A stretch of 64,000 bases of DNA from assembly GCF_006345805.1 (NCBI RefSeq), contig NC_042997.1:115010001-115074000 (forward strand). The letters are read 5' to 3'. Positions 50,191-64,000 of this stretch are shown here, piece after piece (positions within the stretch are counted from its first letter, which is position 1; every line of letters starts with the position of its first letter). Source of the stretch: Octopus sinensis. Lineage: Eukaryota. Under the pieces are notes generated by a model. That model was not told the DNA's origin. It ran no database searches and was given only the letters and a program-made list of their open reading frames with translations. The translations under genes and the position numbers were made by a program.

Positions 50191-51043
50191 CGGAATTACC
50201 TTTAACTTTTATCTTATCTTTTACTTGATTCAATCATTAGACTGCGCCCATGCTGTAGCACCGACTTGAAAAATTTCTAAACCGGAATCGACCCCAGTAC
50301 TTACTTTTTTTTGTATTTTATCGATGTCTTCTGCCAAACTACGTTAAGAGTACATGTGTCTGCGGAGTGCTCAGCCGCTTACACGTTAATTTCATGAGCA
50401 GGCTGTTCCATTGATCGGATTCAGCTGGAACCCTCGTCGTCGCAACTAACGGAGTACCTGTTCATTTAATATATAATGTTTATTCTGTTAATGATACAGA
50501 AAAAACAAGCTGTGTTTCTTTCTCATGATTTGGAAACACAAAGAAAAAACAACTGTCCTAGTCTTGTAAACGTTATCAATAGAGAATACAAATATCTTCA
50601 CTCTACAGTGATGTTTTGAGTACTACACATTAATAAAGGTGTTTCTACAAAATACACGCACATGCACACACGCGCACACACACACACACACATACACACA
50701 CGAGTGTGTTATAACTATTTATTAATCTTACTAGTGTGTATAAAAATTCAGTTGTTTAATTTTTCGGTGATCAGAGATATCGATCAGCAAATGGCGAATT
50801 CTATTGATTTTCTTTTCTATTTTTGAGGTGAAAGAGTCAATTGTAACGATCTCAGTACACGACTGCTACTATTTAATTGACCCCAGAAATATAAAAGATA
50901 GAACCAACTCGGCGGGATTTGAACTTAAAATGTAAAGGGACGTAACTAGCATTCCATGGCCCTTATAGCCATCTACAGCCTTTAGGTATATATGTACGTT
51001 ATACGTGGATGCATATATTTGTATATATTTATATGTATATATA

Positions 51044-51498
51044 CGAGGGTGAGTCAAAAAGTAATGCCATTTTGTTTAGGACAGGTATAATTACCAACAC
51101 AGGAACACGTATCATACATCAAAATGAAGCTGGTCCTCTCTGGATCACATCCCTACTTCTCAACATAGTCACCATTTCTCTCAATAGCAATGTTCTGGAA
51201 TAATGTTTGCCTCTGAAAGCCTCTTTCATGGGGCCGAAGAGATGATAAGTCTGGTGACGAGGAAGTGAAAACTGTAGTGAAGAAGTGACTTAAAGAACAG
51301 TCAAAGAATTTTACGGGGCAGGGGTACATGCTCTCATTCGAACGTGGAACATTGCTATTGAGAGAAACGGTGACTATGTTGAGAAGTAAGGATTTGATCC
51401 ACAGAGGACCAGCTTCATTTTGATGTATGATATATGTTCCTGTGTTGGTAATTATACCTGTCCTAAACAAAATGGCATTACTTTTTGACTCACCCTCG
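51044..51498. mobile_element. Mariner-derived MITE with ~150 bp inverted arms
   Basis: CGAGGGTGAGTCAAAAAG termini. Both arms carry the transposase C-terminus NIAIERNGDYVEK*. Confidence 0.85.
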
Positions 51499-51556
51499 CA
51501 CATATTTATATGTGTATATATGTGTATATATGAACATATACATATAGGTATGTATG

Positions 51557-51599
<43 letters not shown>

Positions 51600-51608
51600 T
51601 ATATATAT

Positions 51609-51639
<31 letters not shown>

Positions 51640-51744
51640 ATGTGTGTGTGCGTGTGTGCGTGTGTCTGTGTGACTGTGCATGCTTACATGTAACATGTAT
51701 CTACGTATATATATTATACACATGTACGTGTGTAAATATGTATG

Positions 51745-51795
<51 letters not shown>

Positions 51796-52369
51796 ATGTG
51801 CGTGTGTGTGTGTAAGGTGGTGCTTCAGCATGGCCGTAGTCAAAATGACTGAAACAGGTAAAAGAATATATATATATATGTGTGTGTAGAGAGAGAGAAA
51901 GCGAGAGAGAAGGGCGAAGGCAGAGGAAAGAGAGAGACAGGCAGAGACATTTATGTTCAATATACAAACAAATCAAACACGCTTCCCCCTCAACTCTCCA
52001 TGCAAAAAAAAAAAAAACCCATCGAATATACATCATCTTCCCTTCGGTATTTCTGTTGCTGCTGTTCCATTCCGCGCTAGAGACGAGTCCCGGGAAACAA
52101 GAGTTCAAAGAGGAAACTCGAAGAGAAAACCGCCATTGGTTGGGCCAGAGTGATTGGTGGGTTTTCCCTTGAAATCATGATCACCTGATCACTGTTTCAT
52201 ATCGTCTGCTTTTGTGACCAATTCATTAAATGAAAATATTCAATATTACTTATGTTTTTTTTTGTTGACGCGCGCGGTTACATATATACATACGTGTGTA
52301 TGTGTGTGTGTGTGTGTACACGAACAACAAAAATGTAATATATATTTCTATATTTCTATGTATATATTT

Positions 52370-52760
<391 letters not shown>

Positions 52761-53074
52761 ATAGAGAAAGAGCGATACATACACACATGTATATACGTGT
52801 ATGTACGAATGTATTTTTTTGTGTTTTACTTCGTTTTCATGTTTTTTTCCTATTTATTTTTTTCTCCCCCTGTGAAATCTTCAAACGTCGTTCGATTGAT
52901 CTTTCTCGTTTTCATTTCTTATTAACCGCTTGGTGATGCTGCTACCGTCTCACTCCGATATCTATTATGAATTGGCTTGATCTCTTTCTTCTCATTCGCT
53001 CATTCATTTATTCCCCCCCCCCTCCTTCATTCTTTCTTTTTTGTCCTTTCTTGTTTTTCTTCTTCAATTCTTTC

Positions 53075-53110
<36 letters not shown>

Positions 53111-53586
53111 GAACTTTTTCAAGACTCTTCAAACCGACCACTTCTGTTTATAGAATTGTTTTGATTTCGGAAAGAGTTTATAAACAATAATTCTTCTAAA
53201 TATAAAACGCAGAAAAGAATGAAAAACTGGAAAAAAAAAAGAATAAAATAAATAAACCCCAAAAAACTGAAGTCTGATGAAAAGCCTTCATGCTCTATAT
53301 ATCAACATCATAACCATCCTCCTCCTCCTCCTCCTCCTCCTCCTCCTCTTCCTCTCCATCGTCTTCCTCGTCGCTGACGTGATGATGACGATGGTGGTGG
53401 TGATGATGCTGATGCTGATGCTAATGCTGCTGATAATGATGATGATGATGATCATCATCATCGCCATCATTGTCGTTGTTGTCTTCATCATCATCATCAT
53501 CATCATCGCCATCATCACCATCGCCATCATCAAGATCGCCATCATCATCACCGCCACCACCACCACCACCACCACCACCACCCACC

Positions 53587-53617
<31 letters not shown>

Positions 53618-54259
53618 CCATCATCATCATCGCCACCGCTGCCACCCCTCTTCGCTCTCCTACCCCCATTCGTCCCCGCCCTACACCTTTTCCTTCTCAT
53701 GTTTCTGTTATATTCTTGTTATGAATTCACCTGTATTTTACTTCATTCAACTTTTGTTCTGTTTAAACAGATCAATATATAAAATATATCGATTCTTCTA
53801 CCCAGACTGAATTCTGCTTGAATTCGTTCTTAGTGAGGCTTGCAGGCTTTTGTGGAGCCTCATGTTTCACCATACTTACGTTCCCCATGATCTCGAGATC
53901 AAGTTCAATCAGCGTCAAGACTTGTTTATCTCTGAGTCAGGAGGGAATACATTCCCCATGGACCTTTCCAGGGTCTCCGAGGCTGGTGGGGAGAAGAAGG
54001 AGGCAAGGAGGCATCCGCAACCTGTTCCCATTCCTCAAATTTAATCATAAAACATTGATTCATCCAAGGTTACCAGTAGACACGTGTCCAATATGCCCAG
54101 CAATGGGACCGAACCCGGATTCAGGAAGTTTCGAAGCGAACTTATTAACCACATGGCCAAGTCTGCACTTTCTCTGGGCTTAGTCGAAGTATCTAACTAC
54201 AATAATATAACCTTTATTTATTCTAGCAATTAAAATTTTGAATACATAAATGTCTAAGA

Positions 54260-55431
54260 CGAGGTGCCTTCTAGAAGTTTTGAGACTTTTTTTTAGGAGA
54301 AGCAATTCTATAAATGTCCTAAGTTGTGATTTTGCTGAAGTCGAGGGTCACCAATTGTAGCGGGAGAAATTAATTGGTTACACAATATATTTCTTTTCTA
54401 CCCACAAGGGGCTAAACACAGAGGGGACAAACAAGGACAGACAAACCGATTAAGTTGATTATATCGATCCCAGTGCGTAACTGGTACTTAATTAATCGAC
54501 CCCGAAAGGATGAAAGGCAAAGTCGAGTTCGGCGGAATTTGAACTAAGAACGCAGCGGCGGACGAAATACCACAAAGCATTTCGCCCGGCGTGCTAACGT
54601 TTCTGCCAGCTCGCCGCCTTGATTGGTTACACAATAATATGAAATGTCGGAGTCAGCAGTTGTAACGATAAAAAATTGTTGTTATAATTGCATACTGTAA
54701 GATGTGAAAGATGAACAATTCATGAAGTTTTAAGGAAGTATTTACCGTTACGTTACAATACCTTGCCTAGTTTGCAGAATGTAGTCAAGACGTGAAGGTA
54801 ATATGGAAGCCCGATATACAATAAAGTTTTATCTGATGCTGGGCTGCAGAAGCTTATGAAATACTCGAGACTGCTTACGGATGAAGTTGTATGAGCCGAG
54901 CATCTGTTTTTCGCTGGCAAAAGAGACCAGGCAAAAGCAACTCCACCGGGAAGCTCACTATGATCCACTTTTTCGACATCCATGGCACTATCTTCATCCA
55001 CAGAGTTTCCGCTGGCCAGACAGTCAACAAAGAGTACTTCGTTGGGGTTTTGAGGGAGTTCAGGAAGAGATTTCGTCGCAAAAGGCCAGAGCACTGCACC
55101 AGGACAATGCATCAGTCCACAGTTCAATCTTGGTAAACAACTACTTGATAGAAGTGGGCATCAGAACTGCTCCCCTCCCTTCCAGACCTTGCTTCCTGTG
55201 ACTTTTGGTTTTCCCTTAAGCTCAAAAAGATGAAAGAGTCCGTGGCAATGGTCCTGGTGACCTTCTGTTTAGAGGGAATTTCACGAGGCCTTCACGAAGT
55301 GGTTGGAGTGCTGCAACAAGTGCACTAAAGTCAGAGGATCCTATTTTGAGGGACATTTAGTGTTTTGTACTTTTTTGAAATTAATAAATGTATCTCCTGA
55401 AAAATTCTGTAAACTTGTGGAATGCAACTTG
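54260..55431 (+). mobile_element. Degenerate mariner transposon with a nested SINE A and an LTR fragment
   Basis: Fragments MSRASVFRWQKR, GKLTMIHFFDIHG..GQTVNKEYF..LREFRKRFRRKRP, LHQDNASVH, PDLASCDFW and KWLECCNKCTKVRGSYFEG; imperfect TIRs. Confidence 0.85.
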
Positions 55432-57014
55432 TAAAAGAATGTAGACATTAAAAAGTTTTGTAAAGGACTGCAATTTTTGTATCCTTCATCATCATCGTTT
55501 TTGTATCCTTCATCATTATCGTTTACTTGTTTCAGTCATTCAACTGCGGCCATGCTGGGGCACCACCTTCAAGGATTTTTAGTCGAATGGATCGACTCCA
55601 GTACTTATGTTTTTTTGTCTTAAGCCTGTTACTTATTCATTCGGTAATTTTTTTGCTGAACCGCGGAGTTACAGGGACGTAAACAAACCAACACCTGTTG
55701 TCAAGCGCCTTGAAGAATATTTACCTCGCAAATTAACAAAACCAGGCAGGCTAGAGATTATTGTGTTGGATGATTTTTTGAAGAATATGTTAAAAGAAAA
55801 AAGGAATAAGGACTAAAAGGTTTAACTGATTAAAAACTTGTTTTCGTCTTTGTCATGTATTTATATTTACTATGCTTAATGTACTCTGTAAGTAGATGTA
55901 TATTTACGGCAATGCGACAATATTATTATATAGATGCAGGCGTGGCCGTGTGGTAAGAAGTTTGCTTCTTAACAACATGGTTCCGAGTTCGCTCCTACAG
56001 CGTGGCACGTGTCTTTGTGTCTGTGTTTATCCCCCATCACCGCTTGGTGTGTTTACGACTCCGTAACTTAGCAGTTCGACAAAAGACACCAATAGAATAA
56101 ATAGAAAGCTTAAAAAAGAAAACTACTGGGGTAGATTCGTTCGACTAAAATTCTTCAAGGCCATGCTTAAAGAACAAGTACTGGGGGGTCGATTCGTTTG
56201 TCGAATATTGTTCAAGGCGGTGCCCCAGCATGACCGCAGCCAAATGACTGAAACAAGTAAAAGATAAAGGATGAAGGATGCAAAAATTGCAATCCTTTAC
56301 AAAACATTTTAATGTTTGCATTCTTTTACAATTCTGACACAAGAAATCACTGATGTCAATGTTTGTTAATAAAGAGATTCGCTCCGTCTTGCATTGACGG
56401 CACTTAAGTTGACGATGATGTGATTGAAGTTGACTGCTTAACGGAGACTAACGACAACGAAATTAGGTAACGATGACGAATTTGAAATTGACATTGACGT
56501 GTTTGAGGCTGATAATGTCAAATTTAAGCGGGGACACCCTATATGTGTATGCTTTAATGGATAAATTATGTAACCCTCTATAGAATATGCAAATTATTTT
56601 ACTCTGCTCTGAAGAAGAATAAACATCGAATTTTGTGGTAAATTAATTCTGGTGTGATAACAGTTGCAGTCTAATTGGGTTTTTTTAAAAAAGAAATTCA
56701 GGCTCAAAGATGTCTTGACTAAACAATTTGACAAGTTAAACAATAAAACAATATTATTAAACAATATTATTAAACGGATAATATAAAACAGGTTGTTTAT
56801 AAAAATATCTATTCAACTTTGGTATATAAACAGTCTGAGAGATAGATAGATAATCAGATACACAGAGGATTGATATATATATATATATATAATCAGCCGA
56901 AATTGCGAAGATGATCTGGTTCTTGACTGATGACTGAGAGCTTGACTGATGACTGTGTTTTTTTGTCGTCTTCTAAATGTTTCACGTTCTTGTCCCAGTT
57001 TGTGTTTTTTTAAC

Positions 57015-57056
<42 letters not shown>

Positions 57057-57063
57057 TATATAT

Positions 57064-57118
<55 letters not shown>

Positions 57119-57506
57119 AATGCATGGTTGTTGACTTTCCATTGAAAGAATGAGAGCACAGAATTGGCCAAAATCACGTTATTTCTATTGTCAAACTCAT
57201 GGGTTGTCTCTTCCGGATACATTCCTAAAATCATTTTAGAAGAAAGTCAAACAAATTCTTATACAAAATTCAAGCAGTAATATATGTCATTTTAAAGAGA
57301 TGTAAAGGGGTAGAAGTTCCCGCCTGGAGGTCACAATAGCGTGAGACTCGAGTCACGTGAGAAACTCTGATCCAGTTTCAGTAAAAAAAAAACAACTATA
57401 TCCTCTACAACATGTATTGAGCACTCCTCTCTCAAATATTCAACATAAACAAATGTAGTACATGAACATGTACACAGAGTCATACACTCATGTATGCACA
57501 CACATA

Positions 57507-57684
57507 CGAGGTGCGTAAGCCGCGTCGGTTCCCGGCTGTTACACCTAGATTACATACGTATCTAGGCGAAAATTTTCACGCATGCGCAAGAATGGTGTCG
57601 TTACCGTCCACCCAAAGGATTTTTCCTAAGTGGCATTAGTTTTGTCGGGAAAAATAAAATCGGATACTTTTTGACTGCACCTCG
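57507..57684. mobile_element. Small mariner-type MITE remnant
   Basis: TA|CGAGGTGC ... GCACCTCG|TA. Confidence 0.6.
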
Positions 57685-59551
57685 TACAGTTATTAAGTTA
57701 GGCGTAACATAATAGTCTAAGCAACATTACTAGTTCCAAGCAGAGATTACCGAAATGTGCTGTCAGTGATAATCCCCAGTCGTGTAGCAAAAGTATTTAC
57801 AATCTGATAATTTTTCATTATAAATATTTCATTGTGAAATATATTTCAGGTTTGACAACTCTGCTTACAATTGGACACGTGACTGGCGACAAGTAATGTT
57901 TAATTAGATATATGTTAATTTCATTTATATCACGTCACTAATAAATCTTAATTAATGTGTCAGGAAAAATAATTTATTTTTAAAAAGTATGGGAAAAATT
58001 TGGAAAGCTCTCCATGAAAGAAACTTCGTTTTTGACTAAAAGCATCTTTAAAATAAATTATCTTATTTACACGAATACAAGTTGCACCCCTCTTGCCGTT
58101 ACGTTCTGAGTTCAAATTCCGCCAAGGTTGATTTTGCCTTTCATCCTTTTGGGGTCGATTAAATAAGTACCAGTTACGTACTGGAGTCGATGTAATCGAC
58201 TTAATTTCTTTGTCCATGTTTGTCCCCTCTATGTTTAGTCCCCTGTGGACAATAAGAACATATAAGCTGCATCTCAATTTTTCAGTTAGCCCTTTGTCTG
58301 TCTTGTGTATCACATGTGGTGCAAAGGACGTATTTACCTGGAGTTCATGCGTCAAATATGATACACATACCCACTTTTATCAATCGTCAGAGTAACTTGG
58401 ACCTATGAAAGGAAGGTTGTATATTTAACTGAGAACGTATGAAATGCGGGCAAACTAAAACTTTGAAAACTAGCATGAACATTCAGGACAGACTTATGAA
58501 AATGCTTTGAGCAGGCAAAGGGCCAAAATCAAGTGTAAAATATACTCGTATGAATACTCGTGTAATTAATCGGAGCAAAGGAGGAAACATCCATGGCGTT
58601 TAGATGTCGTTCGTCAATAGTGAGATCTAGGCGGCGAGCTGGCAGAAACGTTAGCACGCTGGGTGAAATGCTTATTGGTATTTCGTCTGTCACTACGTTC
58701 TGAGTTCAAATTCCGCTGAGGTCGACTTTGCCTTTTATCCCTTCGGGGTCGATAAATTATGTACCAGAAACGCACTGGGATCGATGTAATCGACTTAATC
58801 AGTTTGTCTGTCCCCTCTGTGTTTAGCCCCTTGTGGGCATTAAAAAAAAATAGTGAGATCGACGAAGCTGAGACAGTCCTTTATTCTTTCCTGTCCTTCG
58901 CCAACGCGTGTCATCCATTCTCAGCGTAAAGAGCATACGCCAAATCCACTTTGATCCCATGAACAGAGACTACAAAAGCACAATCAAATGGGGGTAAGCT
59001 AATCTTGTCTCTTTCAAGAAAAAACAAACGTTACTCACATCGAGCAAGAAGACGCCACCGCTCAACATTCCTTTTAATAATGTACAGAACATAACTAGAG
59101 CCCTAAAAAGCGCTCTATTAGGGTCCCACTACAATTTTTGATAGCGAAACCCAGCTATCATAGAGTTGTCAACTGTACGGCGGTGGTGGTGGTTGTCGTC
59201 GTCGCGGTCGTGCTAGTGGTGGTCGTGGTCGTCGTTGTGGCGATGGTGGTGACAGCGGTTGTGGTGGTTGTCGTTGTTGTCATCGTCGTCTAGGTGGAGA
59301 ATTTTCTCTCGGGGCTATCCCCGCAGCGAAATGCCTTTTCACGTTCGAATACGCTCGAACGTGTTATCTCAACGCTACTTCATCTTCTTTCCCTCCACTT
59401 TCTCCTCATTTCACTCCTTTCGCCAATTCAGTTTCTCTCCCCGTCTCTCTATTCCTCTCCTCTTCCTATCTCTCTTCTGGCGAAAGCTCATCGTTAACTT
59501 AGCTAGGAATGCACCCCCATCCACCGGCCCATCACTTTAGGGTCAGAAGAA

Positions 59552-59552
<1 letters not shown>

Positions 59553-59582
<30 letters not shown>

Positions 59583-59640
59583 CTTCTTCTTCTTCTTCTT
59601 CTTCTTCTTCTTCTTCTTCTTCTTCTTCTTCTTCTTCTTC
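59553..59640. repeat. Pure (CTT)n tract of about 29 units
   Basis: Seen directly. Confidence 0.95.
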
Positions 59641-61222
59641 AGAAACCACCACCACCACCACCATCATTTAGAAATCATTATTATTCTAAAGCGACAAGTT
59701 GGCGAATCGTGAGCATGCTGGATATTCAGCGGTATTTCGTTTATCATTACGTTCTGAGTTCAAATTACACCGAAATGAACTTTGCCGTTCATCCTTTCGG
59801 GCCGGGGGGGGGAGGTGATAAAATAAGTACCAGCTGAGCACTGGGGTGGATGTAATTGATTTACCCCCTCCTCCTGAAATTGCTGGCTTTGTGCTAAAAT
59901 TTGAAACCGTTAATATTTTTATGAGAAGGAGGAAGCGGAGGAGCAAGATTAGAATGATGAAATTATGAAGAAGATAAAGGATGTTAGTGATGATGATAAT
60001 GATGATAATGACAACGAAGTGGTGGACGATGTAACATTTTCTGCTCAGCGTCATCTTCATAACTATCATGTAATCAACACTTCACACCACCCACCACCAA
60101 TACCACCTCCACCACTACCACCTCCACCACTACCACCACCACGACTACCATCACTATCATCATCATCATCCTCATCACCCCTCACCACCATTATTGCTAT
60201 CAACATCACCATTATTACGATGACGACGGCCACCTCCACCAGCACCAACAACAATACCACCACCATCACCACCACCACTGCCACCACCATCACCACCATC
60301 ACCACCACCACCACCACCTACGAAATTATCATCACTTCCCATCATCATGCACCTCTACCACCACTACCACCACCACCAATAACATCCATCACTCCTCACG
60401 AACATGACTACTGTCACCACCACCACCACCACCACCACCACCGCTACACGCACCACCAGCACTACCGTTACGATGACGACGACGACAACAACGACAACCA
60501 CCACAACCGCCGTCACCACCATCGCCACCATCGCCACGACCACTACTACCACGACCGCGACGACGACAACCACCACCACCACCACCACCACCACCGCCGT
60601 ACAGTTGACAATGATAACAGCCTCTACAAACAATATAATTACGCACCACTTGTTAACAATTTCTGAGTCATTTTTGAATTTTTATAAAACGTTGATTGTA
60701 TTTGTAGATTGAATTTTCTTCATGATCAGGAGAGAGAGGGAGAGAGAGAGAGAGGGAGAGAGAGAGAGGGAGAGGGAGAGTGAGAGGGAGAAAGAGAGAG
60801 ACAGGAAGAGGAGAGGAATAGAGAGACGAGGAGAGAAACTGAATTGGCGAAAGGAGTGAAGTGAGGAGAAAGTGGAGGGAAAGAAGATAAAGTAGTGTTG
60901 AGATAACACGTTCGAGTGTATTCGAACGTGAAAAAGCATTTCGCTGCGGGGATAGCTCCGAGAGAAAATTCTCCACCTAGACATGTATAAAACACATTTT
61001 GGGGGCTGTGAATGATGTCATTGGATCGTGGAACACATGCATTTCCGCGTCGTTCCACTTCGTCAGTTACAGAAACCAATTCTGTAATTCACAGTCCAAA
61101 TAGAAAGGAAATTATTCTTATGCATGATAATATGTTACTATATGCGTATACATATGTGCACATATACATATACATACATAATTATTACATACATACATAC
61201 ATAATACATACATACATACATA

Positions 61223-61287
<65 letters not shown>

Positions 61288-61413
61288 GATATATAAATAT
61301 ATATATATGCACGTATATGTATATATATGTACATATATGTATATCTATATTATATATATATATAATATATATATATGCATATATTATATATAATATATAT
61401 AATATATATACAT

Positions 61414-61449
<36 letters not shown>

Positions 61450-61933
61450 ATATACATACATACATATAATATATATATATATAGATAGATAGATAGACAA
61501 ACAGACAGAAAGACAGACAGTCAGATAGATAGATAGAGTTTTTATGAATAGATGTACGTATCTTTAGTCTGCGGCCATGCTGGGGCATCGCTTCGAGGAA
61601 TTTTAGTCGAACGGGTTGACCCCAGTACATTTTATTTACGCCTGTATCTATAATATCGGTTCTTTTGCTGACCCGCTCAGTTACGGGGATGTAAGCACAC
61701 CAGCACCGGTTGTCGAACATAAACACAAAGACACACACACACACCCACGTATATTACTCTTCTATGTTCATTCCCTCGATTTCGGTGCCTGCGTATATTT
61801 ATTGTAGTTTGATTTTAGCGTCCCTTTACAGCGTGAGGCTTTCCTTATAGTAATAGTCCTTGATATAATAACGTATTTTATATTTAGCAAAAAAAAAAAA
61901 TTATATATATTATACTATATATATATATATATA

Positions 61934-62914
61934 TCAATATATAAAACAGTCCTTGGACGAAAATTGTATGCGCATTTTGCTTTGACGGTTAATGGCCGCC
62001 AAACCAAGGCTAGGATTGAGCTGAAAATTGGCAGGGATACGAAATGCTTCGTGAGGATGAGACCCGCGATGGTTAAAATTCGCAAGCTATAAAGATGTGG
62101 TTGCTATGGCAAAAAGTGTGGGGTTTTTTATCGATTCAAGGGGGCCCAGTGCCCCTCTAGGTTTATGCGATTGGCTTTTAATGCCCAGCGGCATGTACTT
62201 CAGGCTGTTGTGCTTAATAAACATACATTTTGTCGGGAAATTCCGGCAACTAGGAAACGATTTTTCATTGTGAAAAAACGAGTGCTTTTTGCCCTCATTT
62301 TCCTTTTAATATATATATATAAATTTGATATGGGTGATTCTTTCTTATCTTGGGATTCACGGTCAAACGGCTGGGTGGAATTGCATGAAAAATTACACAG
62401 ATGTGTAGAATGATCCGGTGGTGTTGCTGGGCTTTGTATTTTTTCATGCCTCCCATGATTATCGAGATAATCTACTATAATAATACTCTTGTGTTTATGA
62501 ATGAGAAAGGAAGGGGTGAGAGATGAATAAGGAAGGAAGGGATAATGTCATACTTGGTGGTGGGATGATGAAAATTGTACGCTGAAAAAATAAATCAAAC
62601 AGTGTTTCAACTTTGTGTGAATATATGTGTGTATGTGTGTGTGTGTGTTTGTGTGTGAGAGTGCATGTGTACGTGCAATGGAAGTGGGATGGTTCATCTT
62701 TGTTCACTTAGTATTGGGGTTTATTTTTTGATTTAGTTGAATCTTGGTTGTTTTTTTTTTCTTGGTTAGTTATTTTTAGTGTTTTTACAGAAAAAAGTCA
62801 TTCTAAAATTGTATTTTAAGGGAAGCGTGACCAAACAGGTCGAATGCTGACATAGAGCAGGTTTTACAGCCACATCATCCAAACCAACCGGCTGAAACCG
62901 GGCTTAGCTGCTAG
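61934..62914 (+). mobile_element. Non-autonomous Helitron
   Basis: A|TCAATATATAAAA ... CCGGCTGAAACCGG hairpin plus CTAG|T. Confidence 0.65.
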
Positions 62915-62920
62915 TATATG

Positions 62921-62957
<37 letters not shown>

Positions 62958-62961
<4 letters not shown>

Positions 62962-63795
62962 AAATTTAGAGGAATGACCACTAACAGTGGACAGCCTGTA
63001 TGCTAGAAATAAACGTCAAATTCGCCATTTACCACGAAGAATGTGTTCTCAAGTAAAAATTCAGCAAAAAACCAAAGTGTAAAAATAAGCGAGACAAATG
63101 AAAGTATACGAAATAAACGAAAATATACGAAATATACGAAATATTAGTAATCATTCCTCTAAATTTTGTATGTATAAAAAATTTTAATCTTCAGATTTTT
63201 AAAAAAATGCTAGGCCACTGGTTTTAATTGATTAATATCAATTTCTACACTAATTTAATTTTAAATAAAAAATGTTCTCTAGCCGGTAAATTAACTGCTG
63301 TAGTATATTAACTGCAGAGTAATTTCCGATCTCAGCGCGCCAAAGTGAAGGCGTTTGAAAGATACACATAAATATAATTTGTGGAGCTTTATACATACTG
63401 GATTTCGGTCGAGCGCCCTGTATCTAGTTCTAGAAATTGTATTTCGTAAACGACAGACTATGCTGACGATCTTGCAGATGTTTGCGTATCCATATACGTA
63501 AATATTAACAAGTGAAACTAATTAGTACATAGGTAATCGTTTTTTATTTCGTATACTTTCATTTGACTTGCTTATTTTTACACTTTGGTTGTTTGCTGAA
63601 TTTTTTCTTGAGAACACATTCTTCGTGGCAAATGGTGAATTTGATGTCTATTTCTAGCATACAGGCTATCCTCTATTAGTGGTCATTCCTCTAAATTTTG
63701 CATGTATAAAAATTTTCAATCTTCGGATTTTTTAAAAATATGCTAGGCCACTGGTTTTAATTGATCAATATCAATTTCTACCCTTATTTAATTTC
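62958..63795. mobile_element. Inverted plus direct copies of an unclassified ~250 bp repeat
   Basis: 62958-63116 is the reverse complement of 63543-63700. 63142-63260 is a direct copy of 63675-63795. Confidence 0.7.
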
Positions 63796-63890
63796 TTCCC
63801 AATGTAATGATCTTCCCAAAACACAAGATTTATTTCAACATACGAATTCGCATCAAGAAACTTGCCAACCAAATACAAAGACGAAGGTTC

Positions 63891-63996
<106 letters not shown>

Positions 63997-64000
63997 GAAG

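Noticed and set aside
59965-60666. 233 aa Pro/Thr/His-rich ORF (similar ones at 38.6, 44.0 and 53.3 kb)
   Set aside because: It is a mosaic of trinucleotide repeats open in several frames, with no domain or splice support.
59288-60982. Large DNA transposon with ~190 bp TIRs
   Set aside because: There is no TSD, and a second inverted segment outside the left arm shows a permuted duplication instead.

Overview
This is repeat-dense, microsatellite-rich animal genomic DNA. The SINE, LINE and microsatellite content looks like octopus (coleoid cephalopod), which is an inference. The only well-supported host gene is PTPA/PPP2R4 (PP2A phosphatase activator) on the + strand: nine GT-AG coding exons from 1445 to 20347 splice in frame to about 316 aa, and the first exon probably lies upstream of the window. 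The rest is mobile DNA: an RTE-type LINE 3' end with many 3'-UTR fragments, an R4/Dong-like and an L1/Tx1-like LINE remnant, three tRNA-derived SINE families, mariner/hAT/pogo MITEs, two Helitrons, a solo LTR and Penelope-like (GIY-YIG) remnants. The most notable observation is a set of at least five or six unrelated short repeat families carrying minimal type I hammerhead-ribozyme motifs. Several are arranged as head-to-head foldbacks, two of them with 13-14 bp target duplications, and one fuses a tRNA-derived Pol III head to a hammerhead. Other observations: a circularly permuted inverted duplication, a CpG-decay boundary near the gene end, a candidate SINE-LINE tail partnership and a foldback MITE in the PTPA 3' UTR. 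Exon boundaries were checked base by base. Repeat boundaries are approximate and family names come from motif recognition, not database searches.
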